Assembly: GCA_907165135.1 (NCBI GenBank)
Contig: OU015566.1
Coordinates: forward strand, 2,542,001 to 2,606,000
Length of the DNA stretch: 64,000 bases
Direction of reading: 5' to 3'
Source of the DNA: Oikopleura dioica
Taxonomy: Eukaryota > Animalia > Chordata
Shown here: piece after piece, positions 19,959 to 31,600 of the stretch
Position numbering within the stretch: position 1 is the first letter of the stretch
How the letters are laid out: each line of letters starts with the position of its first letter
The notes under the pieces: generated by a model
What the model was told of the DNA's origin: nothing
Seen by the model: the letters and a program-made list of their open reading frames with translations, nothing else
The model's database searches: none
Translations under genes and position numbers: made by a program

Positions 19959-22900
19959 ATGGAGAGAAGCATACTTTACGGGTTGATAATCGTTGCCTTA
20001 TGTGAGGATCAAAAAGCCTGTACTTTTACTCAATACCCTGCTAGACAAGGAAATTTTCAACAAAATTTTCATGTTATCTAAAATTTTGAAATAATGAAAT
20101 CGAAAAAGACGGAAAATGCGTGGCTGCTCCTGTTGATGACCCTTACTACTGTATTAGTCCGTCAAACGGGACTCCAACATTGTATGGATCTGTGATGAAC
20201 AGAAAAGATTCAATAGCGCGAGTATTCAAAGATTACAAAGATATGCATAAAGGATTTACAGCGCAGAAGTATGATCTTGACCTTGAGACTTTTGGTATTG
20301 TTGCTCTTGTAGACGAACCAATCAAATACTGCACAAACAATCCGGCTCTCGGAAGTGAAAGCGGGCATTGCGAGGAGATTCAACCCAAGCAAATGACTAG
20401 TGATTTCTTTTATTTCGATGGGGGATCATTGAAGCTCAAAAATTATGTGGATATGAAGCTTTTGGGAGGCCCTCGACACATGATAAAACTCGGAACTTCT
20501 GGCGGATGCTTCGTTTACTACAAAGTTTTTATTTTTCCGTCGTTTGATTTGAACGTTGATATCTCTCTTGTCGATAAAACTCCAAACAACAGAATTTTGG
20601 AACATCTTGAGATGCCAACATCAAGTCTGATCAACAACGGGCTAAATCCTCTCTTTAAAATGGATATTTTTGACAACGTATTTTGCGCGATCCGAGATGA
20701 ATGCAGATTAGATAAGGGCGCGTGTCAGAATTATGACACAGATCTTAGCAAAAAAGTGGCTATTGATCTCTGGGATGTCATCTCATCTTCTATTCACTTT
20801 AAAAACGCAAGAATTGTCTCTGGCCCAAAAATTGAGCTTGCTAAAAATTCTAGCGAAGAAGCCGGTCTTGCAGAAATGGCTAAACGTTGGTACTTACAGG
20901 ATGAGTCTGGCAACTGGCTCAAAATCGCTCCACAATCACCGTTGTGCACGATAACTATCCAATTAGATTGGTACATGTACCAAGCGATTACTCTTATCGA
21001 TAATATCAATAAGCAAGAAACACTCTTCATCGAATATGTGAGCATTCAAGGGGCCTTTCAAAATGTTCTTTTAGCTGATGCCGATATTAGTTTTAACAGA
21101 AATTTCGATGGTAATCTGCTTGCGACTAGAAATCGTACATCTATCAGGTCCCTATTCTACGATGATGTCGAAATCCAAGATGTCGACGATTTGCCTGCTA
21201 TTTTTGTCATTGACCAAAGCTGTCAGTCATATTTTGATTGCGTTATCATCGACAAGCTTCTGATCAATCAGACTTTCGAAGCTTGTAAAGATGGAGAAGC
21301 CCTTCTTACCATGAATTCCGATCTTTTTGTTGTCGATGGCGATCGACAGATAAACAGCAGAAGTGTTCGATATGAGGTTCTTCAATCAAGAAGTTTTGAG
21401 CTTTTTGGCTCAGCTATTTCTTGCACCGCTGCTCTTTCCCCTGGCCAGCATGAATTTACAATGAAAGCTGTTCAAGATAACAGGATTGATAGAACTTCTT
21501 ACTTGACGGTCGCGGTAACTATTGCTGAGCCTGTTGTAAACTGGACTTCAATTGTCACTACTCCGGTAAAATCTGCCGAATTTGAAATACTTGGTTCTCC
21601 AAGCTTTGTGATGAATACTCAGGACCATTCGGCGTTTAAACTTGACATCAGCCCTCCAGCTGATGGCCAAGAAGTCATTCTTATATCAAAAACTCCTGGA
21701 TTTACTTTCACTGATAGGTTTGAGCTTCTTTACACTGGAAGAAGAAATTTTTTACTTTCAAACTCCATTGATTTGGTTGTTCAAATCTTACTCGTTGAAA
21801 ATGATGCAGTTATTGCTCGAGAAGATAGTTTTTCGCTGGGAATTTTCAACATAGAAGATAGGACTGCTACAACAACCGAGACGCCTAAAACTGACTCGTT
21901 TACAGCAGCGGAATATGCAACGGAAATGTTAAATGAATGTTCTACTCCAGCGATTACGTGTGGTAATGCTTTTTTGAAATAATGGTTGTTCTTAATTGAG
22001 TCTTTTAGAGCCTTGCGCACCCATCGAATGTTCTTCAACAGCCGCGACTTCTTCAGTAATGACTTCAATGGCTTCTTCAAAAGAGGATAAATCTCGAAAC
22101 TGTGATTTATTCAAAATATTAATGAGTTGTCTTGCAGCCTTGTTCTTCGTCACAACAATTGTTTTCATCATTTTATGGAGCAGAGCGAGGAACAGTGCCA
22201 ATGAGGTAGGTGAAGCAAGAATTTTCTAAAAATGAGCTTTTCGAGAAAATCGCGCCGATCGGAAAGCAAGTTCTCGAAATCAGCGAAAATGAGGACCAGG
22301 GAGAAAGCAAAAGTTTACCATCGGAATCGGAACTTACTGATTCTGAATCAATCAGTGATTCAGAGTATGCACAGCCGAAAATAGTTTGGGTTCCAGCTGA
22401 TACGAAGTAAGACTTCTTACATGATTTTCGGAATAAATTGATTTGTTTTAGACTTGAAGATCCTGTTTATCATACATTGGAAGACCATCAAGTCATTCTT
22501 AAAAATTTCATAAAACCGGGAAGAATTGTAAGTCACCGTGAGGTGCTCCTCAGGAAGAATGGTGAAACAAAACATGCATTTGCAGTCGTGCACGATATTG
22601 AGCTTGCTAGTCGAGATATGCTAAATGAAATCAACAGCAGAATTCAAATCGAGACACAAAGTATCTTATCTATCAAGAATAATAATATTAGGGGAATTTA
22701 GTTTCGAAAATGCGTCACGAAAATGTGCTGAGATATTACGGATCCTGGGTCGAGCTCGACAAGCTATATGTGGGCTACGAATTAGCAGAAAAGGGAAACT
22801 TAGACGAACATCTGCGACAATGCCTGCGTCCGGAAAATTCAGCGTCGAAGATTTCAAATAATCAAATAAAGGAGATCCTCTTCCAGATCGTTCAAGGCCT

Positions 22901-23434
22901 TGCGCATTTACATAGCCGTGAGATCATTCACGGAAATTTGCAAGGTAAAAGAAACAATATGTGTCCTCTTCGCTTACTTGTACTGTTACTAAGCGAGCGC
23001 GATATACCTGACACAAGAGAACATTCCTAAGATTGGCAAAGTATGCAACAATCAGATAGATTCAAACGATCGAAATTTCCGGCGATGGTGGGCACCTGAA
23101 CTTTTCGAAAATGACGGGAAACATTCATGCGAGGCCGATATATGGGCGCTTGGCGTTGTTATGTGGGAAGTGTGCTCCTTTGGCAAAACACCATACGATG
23201 ATGTCGAATTGGATCAACTCAGTCAATACGTCAAAGATAACAGGTAAATTTCAGAATTTTGAATATTTAAGAATGCCCACAAGACTAGACTTGCCGAATG
23301 GTGATTTTCCTGATGCCTGTACTTTCATGTCAAACTGTTGGATCATCGAACCTCGACTCCGGCCGGACGCTTCCCAGCTGATTGAACTGATGAGCGCTGA
23401 GCAAGAAGGCGACTTATACGAATTTCTTGTTTAA
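19959..23434 (+). CDS. Cadherin-repeat receptor tyrosine kinase-like protein with degenerate (pseudo)kinase domain; Ret/Cad96Ca-like architecture
   Basis: Signal exon MERSILYGLIIVALC (19959); GA-AG intron 20050-20108; 620-aa ectodomain exon with cadherin-like motifs (LADAD, EIQDVDDLPAIF, VVDGD); TM LMSCLAALFFVTTIVFIILW (~22120-22177); kinase fold MRHENVLRYYG, QIVQGLAHLHSREIIHGNL, RWWAPE, DIWALGVVMWEVCSFGKTPY, CWIIEPRLRP. Confidence 0.8.
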
Positions 23435-23666
23435 TAAAAATGCAAGACTTGAATCTATAAGAAATATACGATAATACTAGAAATAAATTCAAGATACAGC
23501 AACATTCTTTTGGTTGATAACAGTCATGTTCTTAGCTCGATTGAGCGAAAACGTATCTTGTAACAATAGATCTCATTAATAGCCAAAGCGTCATGCTCAT
23601 AAAAACGCAGCACATAAACTTCTTTGAGCGGGGTCATCACTCCAATTTCCTCTTTTCAAGAAAAAC

Positions 23667-24202
23667 ATGCGTTTTTTACTCTTTTTCGGGCTGACCGCTG
23701 CGCTCGAGGAAGATCAAGAGCGAGACAGAGAATGCCTGGACGATCTCAGTGCTCTGTATTTTTACGAAGAATACCACTGTGGCTACTATAAGAGAATAGA
23801 GACATGCGAAGACCAGAACCTGGCAATGGCCATCGCAATGGAATGTGACGAGAATCTTATTTTTGGACTTTCGAGATTCGGCGTTTCGGTTTTTTTCACG
23901 ACGCTTTCGATTTTTACAATTTTGTCAATTCACTGGAAATTTGAGCCGCCAATTCGTAAGTCTACTCCGAAGACAATGACTTTTTCAACAATATTCTCTT
24001 TTCAGAAAACAAGTTCTACAAAGCCGCCAGAATCATCTCCATCGTTTTTCTCATCATCAACATCATCTGCGCTTTCGTGGCCATGCGAAAAACTCCAATT
24101 CACGAGCGATGGGCTTCTGGAGTCGCCTCCGTTGTTTTTAACGCCTTGAATATCCTTCCTGTCGGAGTGATGTATTACATCCGCGCTTCTGGAAATATTT
24201 AA
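23667..24202 (+). CDS. Orphan membrane protein: signal peptide, small Cys-containing ectodomain, two C-terminal hydrophobic segments
   Basis: MRFLLFFGLTAA...; after an intron, ARIISIVFLIINIICAFVAMRK...GVASVVFNALNILPVGVMYYIRASGNI*. Confidence 0.5.
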
Positions 24203-24219
24203 ATAAATTAACGAAGAAC

Positions 24220-24961
24220 TCAATTCTTATTCTCTATATTTTCAGAGAGGGAAATTTCATCAACTTCGTGTTTCTTTCCTTCAAGTTCAGGTTCATTCAT
24301 TTCGGCCTTCTCCATTCCTTTCTCGATAATACCTTTTCGATACTCCCTTGATTTTGTGACCAAATTTGTTATGATCAAAACCAAGCAAAGAAATGCTTGC
24401 ACGAAATTGGCATAAGCAGCGACAAAAAATGGCAGTGCGTCATTTTTCATTGCACCCACGAGTGAATCTTTCGGAACTCTAAAGCGCAGGAATTATCAAA
24501 TCGATCATAATTTTTGATCTTACTTGTCAGAAGTTAGAAAATGGAAATGCAGTGCGCCAGCAACAATCGACAGCAACAGCTCAATAACCCCTTCCCAAAT
24601 CGACACACTAGAGTTTTGTCAATAATTCGCTTATTGTTAGAATAACTGTAAATATAACCGAATGAACTCATAAGCGCATAAAATGAAAAGTGTCTTGAAA
24701 TCGATTTCTCTTCTGAGTTCAATGAAAGGCAATTCTGGGAAGTAATCCAGCGACATACCTAAGACAACATAATCTAAGCTTGTTACAGCAGTAGCTGCTG
24801 CATTCAACAATCATAAGAGCGTTGAAAATTGTCGAGACAATTCCAATCAGAGCAACCACGATGCAGTAGAGGCGGTAAGTCAGCAGTGCTTCGGGAAGAA
24901 CAAGTGCATTTATCGCGAGTTGAATGAAAGAGGCTGAAATTTTCGATTTGAAGCAGGTCAT
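24220..24961 (-). CDS. Orphan multi-pass (probably 4-TM) membrane protein
   Basis: Hydrophobic segments in ORFs 24719..24961, 24534..24722 and 24220..24459 separated by short gaps consistent with introns. Confidence 0.45.
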
Positions 24962-25608
24962 TTTTGTCGCTTATTATACACCCTGAGTAGGGCCCGTCAA
25001 TTTTTATTGGACATATTTAGATAAATCGGCGAAAAATTGCCAAAAAAGACCAAAATAACCGTACTTACAAATTAAACAAAGGGCGAGAACAACAATGATA
25101 AATTTTTCTCTACACTTCATTTTTATAATTTATTATTGAATGAGGAAGTCACTGTTGAAAAACAAAACTTCCGTTCTGAAAATCTGATGACGGAACTCGT
25201 TTTCCACTAGCGCCATTTCTTCCAGCAGCGCGGAGGACTCGCACCACTTGCGCCTTTTTCACTTTGACTCCTCCGCCCCGCTTTTTCCTTTTTCTTCGCG
25301 GCGAAAGAGAAACTCGCTTTCGGAGAAAAACTGAAATGAAAAACAGCTGATTTTTCGAATTCTCAAATCGAGTAGGTAAAGAAAATTTTTAATGATAATC
25401 TTTTCGTTAAATAAATGAGAATTTGTTTTAATTATCATAAATTATGAATCGATAAATTGTGGAAAACTGTTATTTCTCCGACTTTTATCGGTGATGATTG
25501 AGTACTCTAATCATTATTCAAATAGCACATTCTAAAATTTTGTATCAATACAAAATTACCCGATAAGAAGCTTTAAAACTGCTTCAGCCTGTCGATTTTT
25601 GGAAGAAA

Positions 25609-28600
25609 ATGCCGCTGAAGAAAGTGAAAAGAAGTATTTCGAAGATTTTTTCGCGTTCTTCGACGAATTTGAAAGAAATCAAAGAACATCCGACAGAAGG
25701 GCTTGGAGCGAAAATACCTTCTTCGACTCTCTCGCCTTCTGAAGATTGCTCAGGTACGAATTCTCATCATTATTGTGGGAAAAATCGAGAAGCCGTTTGC
25801 GGCTTCGAGCGGAAAAGGGAAAAAGCCGCGTTTTTTGCCAAATATGCGGCTTTGAATAACTAGACACACCGCGGCTTATTCCTCGAAGCCGCGAGCTCTC
25901 GTTTTTCTTCGGAACTTTCGCCTATTAGCTAACTTCCTGTACTCTAGAACCTCCATTCTACTACAGTGGCTCCTCAACCCGTTCCCCTTCCACCTCGAGC
26001 CGCTCCTCATCAGAAGACTCGTCCTCTTCTTCTTCTACTCTCCGAGAAGAAGCGAAAGTAGTTTTGCGATCAAAAGAAAGACGCAGCCGCCCTCCGAGAC
26101 TCACTCATGCCATTTCAAAGGTATTTTCAAAGCGCAAATTAGAAACAGATTTATCTCGGCTAAATTGACAATCCGAGTCTCTGAAGAAAGAATTATTATT
26201 TTATCTCTTCTCTGAAATGAGTTTATTTGAAGAGAAATCATGTCTAAAGCAAAAGTTTTTGGTTTTTTTTCTTACTTTTTCAGAGATCAAATTGAGCCTC
26301 AATTTGAGTGATTGACTCCAAAAACTCGCTTAATCTATTTATTATTCAAAAACGAAGCAAAATAAAGATATGGGCATGGAAATCTTCGCTGGAGCCGAGT
26401 CAGGCTCCCGTATAAGCGTTTTTTAAAGACCTGACTCAGGATTTCAACACAGGTTGGTTGTCTAGCCTTTTTTTTGCTTCCTTTTTTGATTGATGACAAG
26501 ATTGAGCGCGTTTGTGGAGTCGATTCCCTTAAGATTAGAAAGAGACTTAGGAATAGGCGGCAAAACTATCTTAGATTTTCTATTCAGGAAAATATCAGCA
26601 AGCGGCTGTCGTTACCAGCAGATGTGCGCATTCCGCCGATTTACCTGACGATGCTGACGCCAGATTCTCCCATAAACTGGGAAAAGCCACTTTCTAGGTA
26701 AAATTAATTCGCAGAAAACATAAAGCATTCCAATCCCATTTTCAATTACTGCAAAAGCACTTGTCAATCCAGACTAATCCGCCTCGAATATTTATGACTG
26801 GCTTTCTTGTTTTATCTCGGATCATTACAGTGATTCGATTAAAGGAGCGGTTTTCTGTCTTTAATTTTTCATTAGCTTGGCTTGTTTTTTTCTTGTTGTG
26901 GCAAAATTAAATAGAAAAACAATTATTTTCAGGGTCGATCGAAGAAAGAGTCTAAATGAAATTGGCTTCGGAAAACTGGAAACATACAGAAAAGGCGTTG
27001 TTCTCGGCGAGGGAACTTATGCGGTCGTCTACAAGGGGACAAGTAGTCTTACTAGTATTGGGATCTTAGATTCGTTAGACTCCCTCGTCCCCTAAGGTCA
27101 CTTGCTTATCTAGATCGAGCTTTGCTCGGTCGCCGCCGTGTATTTCTCTCCATTCGGTAATTCACGCAGTTCGTGAATTAACCTCTATTTTACTCCAGCT
27201 CGAAATACAGACGTCAAAGATACTTTACTCGTTTTCTTCACTCGTCCAGATATAGAGAGCAGGCAAACTACGCTAGAAGTGGGAGATTCAGCAGAAGCTA
27301 GGATCCCTTCAGTGGTATCAGAGTAGTCCCGTTGGAGAAAAGATAAATTTTTCCGCCATCGACAACCGAAGTTTCGCAACTTGGACGCTGATTGGCCGTC
27401 AGCGGAGTCGAGGGGAACCGAATCACCAACCGCCACCGCGCCGCCGGAGAAACTCCACTCAGAGAATTTTCCGCACCACACCAACACCACCCCGAGCGAG
27501 CGCCACCGCACGAGCGCCACCACGACCCACGCGCCGAAAGTCGCGCCCACGCAACCACGCACGCACGCCGGGGAAAACCTAAAATACTGAGAAAAACATA
27601 ATTCTTTCGCCACTTTTCACCAAAAATCGAGAGAAGTTTACGAAGAATCGACCCTTGGACCAGACCTTGAAATTTCGACAATCGCTGGACAGAGAAATCG
27701 TCGGGCGTTTGCGCAAAAAGGCACCTCAGCTCATCATATTGCGACTTTTAGTCGCAGTATTTTCTGAGGGCCTGAAAGGTAATCCAAGGCCCATAAACCC
27801 TTACTGCCGATATATTTCGAGCTATGGCGGCGAACAAATCACTGCTAGAAACCGTCACCGAAATAAGAAGCATAAACGATCGAGTAAACTACCTCGAAGA
27901 ACAAGTGCGAAATGACGAATCACTAAAGCCAAGCCTAGAGCCCTTGATCACAGAAAGCAGAGTAAAATTAGAACAGCTCAGTACAACGCTTCTTACCTGC
28001 GAGCTCGATCAAGGAAAAGACTCTACGAATGCGACAATGAGAGAAGAAGCATGGGTGGCCACTACCTGGTCTCGTCACGTCCAAGACTTGCCGAAGCTGG
28101 ACGCCGCATGCAACACATCTTTCAACACCTTCTTGGGCAGAGCCGACATTTATCACCGCGCCTACGTCCGCGACAGACCTTCACGTGAACAGCCTTTCAT
28201 CGCAGCAGTGTACAGCCACTTCGACTTGAACATCGAACGCTCACTTGGAACCGAATTTCTGAATTGTCAAGACTGGAAATCGGCCAAGGCGCTGCTAGAG
28301 AAATCATTCGCCGCGAAGAGTCACTACTTACTGAAGCTAAGCGAAGTTTTCGACGTCGAATACGACCATTCGAAGCCGTTTGCACACTACACCGCCAACG
28401 TCTTGCAAAAGATGAACGAGGCGAAGCAAGCGACTTTGAACTCTTACCGACAAGAGAAGTCAGCCGACGCCGGGGTCGATGAAATATTCGACATATTCTC
28501 GACGATGATGCTGTACTTGAATCTTAGGAAAGAAGAACCAGACGTTTTCAACGCAATCCTTCCAAGCCTATCAAAAGTTTACGATATCAACGAACTCTGC

Positions 28601-31600
28601 CGTCTCGCCCAATCCACAAGACAGAATCGAGTTGACAGCGCGACCGTCTCCCAGCACTTCAACAGAAATAAGAACAAAAAGAAGAAGAATGCTAAGCGCG
28701 CCAGCACCGATTCTAAGGATGGGAAAGACGATAAACAACCAGAATCCAAGAAGATTAATACGACTAAGAACGTCGAAGATTTCCAACCATTCGATGTTCA
28801 CTTTTACACAGTGAAGAAGAAGCGACCAGGAAAGGCTTATTTCGCTTCGGCTACCATCATTACGGGCTCTAAAAGTTTTGACGTATCGATGGAAGTCGAC
28901 AGCGGAGCCGAGTCCTCCTGTCTGTCCGCTGCTTACGTTCCCGACAAATTTCTCCAGATGCTGAAGCCCTGCCCCTTCAAGGTCACCGGTTTCAGCCCAA
29001 ATATCCCCGCCGAGCAGCCGAGGGGTATCCTTCCCTGCCGCTTATCATTCAATGGTGGCCCTGCATTCTCCTTGAATCTCACCATCATGCCAGGCAGTAA
29101 ATACCCAAGTCTACTGGGCCGCGATATACTAGAGAATGCGATGACGGACAGCTTCACAGTCGACAATAAGAATCGTACTCTCTCATTTTGCTACAACGAA
29201 GCCTTCACACAAACTGAGACTCAAGTGGTGAAGCTGGACGGAGTGAAGCGGACCAAAATCAAGAAATACTTGACGACTAGATCAGCGGTCAAAGACAGCG
29301 ATCGGTCCCGCACTCAACCACCACGAGAAGTCCCAAAGCTGGACGCGCCGAACAAGAACGCAGCCAGGTGACCCATTCAGCTAGCGAAGCAAAAACTCGG
29401 AATAACCCTACCAGCAGACGCAGACCCGGGGCAAAAGAAGATGGTCGCCGAGCTGTGTTTGGAATTCGACGACAGATTCGGCTGCGACGGTCAAAAAATG
29501 GGTGAATTCCCGTTCGAGATCGAAATCCCGACTGATGGTACGAGTCGAAACATCAGTCAACACCCGATTCCGCAAGCTTTTCATGGTCAGGTCAGCGATC
29601 ACATCTCCGAACTGCTCGAAACGAAAATAATAGAAGAGATCAAAGACCAGAAAGGGTTTAACAGCCCGGTATTGCCTATTCCTAAGAAATCTGGGGAAAT
29701 GCGCTTCTGCATCAACTACAAAAACAGCCTGAACAAATGCCTCTCCGACAAATCCGACCCTTACCATCTCCCAAGCATGGAGGATACGATTGCGAACATT
29801 GGACCGGGCAATAAGTTTTTCGCCACAGTTGATCTACGAAGTGGATATTGGCAGTGCCCTGTAAAGAAAAGCGACAGGTACAAGACTTCCTTCCAGTGGG
29901 GTGGGAAATCTTACGCCTTCTGCAGACTACCATTCGGTTATCGATGCTCGGGGAATATATTCTCGCGCGTCGTAAACACAATTCTCGACTCAAGCCCCAC
30001 CAGGAAAAAGATGCTTTCTTATATCGATGACATAGTGTGTTTTGGGAAGACTTTCAGCTGCTATTACAACACTCTCCGAAACCTATTCATCGCGCTCCGC
30101 AAGTTTAACGCTAAACTCAAGGGCGAAAAGTGCTCTTTCCTACAATCCGAAGCTCACTTTTGGGCCGAATCATCAACGAAGATGGAATCAAACCGGACCC
30201 TGCGCAAGTCTCCGCTCTTCGTCAGATGAAACCCCCACGCTCCCAAAAGGAGTTAGCTTCATTAATCGGGTCATTGAATTGGATCCGAGGTTTTCTAGAA
30301 ACGAAAATGGGCGAAGCTATTTCATCCGGTTGCTTCTCGAGCAGAATGAAGCCCATAAACGATGTTCGAAATTCGGCGAACGAAACAAATTGTTTCAAGT
30401 GGACCAAAGAAGCGGATTTGGCGCTCAAGGAAATTCAACGACGACTCTCCGAGACTCCAGTCATAAGTTTTCCTAACTTTGACGAGTCTTTTCATCTCTA
30501 CACAGACGCGAGCCTGTACGCAGCGGGTGGCGTCCTGCTACAAGAGTATGGCGGGAGAGTGCACCTAGTAAGCGCGATTTCCCACACCTTCAACAAAGCT
30601 GAAAGAAAATGGAACACTTCAGAAAAGGAAATGTTTAGCATTGTCTGGTGCTGCGAGCGACTGGAAAAGCTCCTGAAAGGTAGATTCTTTCAGATTCACA
30701 CAGACCACCGATCTTTGATCTTCCTACACAAAAAGAAGTTCAAGAATTCTAAAATAAGCCGATGGCAAAGCCGATTGGAAGAATTCGATTTTCACATTGT
30801 CTACATCAAGGGATCAGAAAATCAATTCGCCGACTTTATGAGCCGCAGACCTGGCGAGGACGACAAATCACTTGGATACGACTCTGAGTTTCCCGTTGGT
30901 CGCGAGTACGAAATCGACAAGAATTCACCAGTACGTGTCTTCGTCCCTTTCTGGAACGAAAATCAGTTTCCGGAGAAAATCACTTTATCAGAGGTGAAGA
31001 TACATAAGGTAAACGTCAAGGCTATCGCGGCGCCAATGGAGATTCCGTTGGTGTCAGCGAATTATAATAACATTCTGGACTATCAAAGGGAGGACTCTGC
31101 TCTGAGTGCAATCATCACTTTTCTGGAATCTGGTAAGGAGCCACTGGACATAAAATCGCTGGTGAAGGACTCCGACCACCGACAATCGTCTCTACTCAAG
31201 ATGGAAAAAGCTCTGTTCCTGGATAACACTACCGGGTGCTTGATGTGTCAATTCAAATCTGGCGCGCGGGCGGTGGTACCGGAAGCGGTAAAAAGTCACT
31301 TTCTCTTTCTAGCTCACGACTTGTCCGGTCATCTGGGCGAGCCGCGGACTTTAGAGCGATTAGAGGACGTTTGGTGGCCTTCATTTCAAGACGATGTTTC
31401 TAACTACGTCCACAGCTGCGTCCCTTGCCTACGCAGAAAAGGATCTGCTGGAACTCGTACCAAACCGCCACTTGGAACCCTTCGTCGTGGAAAAACAGCT
31501 GGCGAATCGATTCAGATCGATTTCGCTTGTATGCCTCCCGCTGGCGGATTCAAGTATTATTTGGTGGTGGCGGACACTTTCTCTCGCTACACTTGGTGCA

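Noticed and set aside
27185-27915. ORFs in the GC-rich leader of element 2
   Set aside because: Low-complexity CACCAC/CGCC repeats are open in several frames on both strands; more likely a structured 5' UTR.
30155-30165. Frame change inside element 2 RT as a programmed ribosomal frameshift
   Set aside because: It falls in the conserved xFLG RT motif, is fixed by adding one T to a T4 run, and has no canonical slippery heptamer; a homopolymer sequencing error or private indel is more likely.
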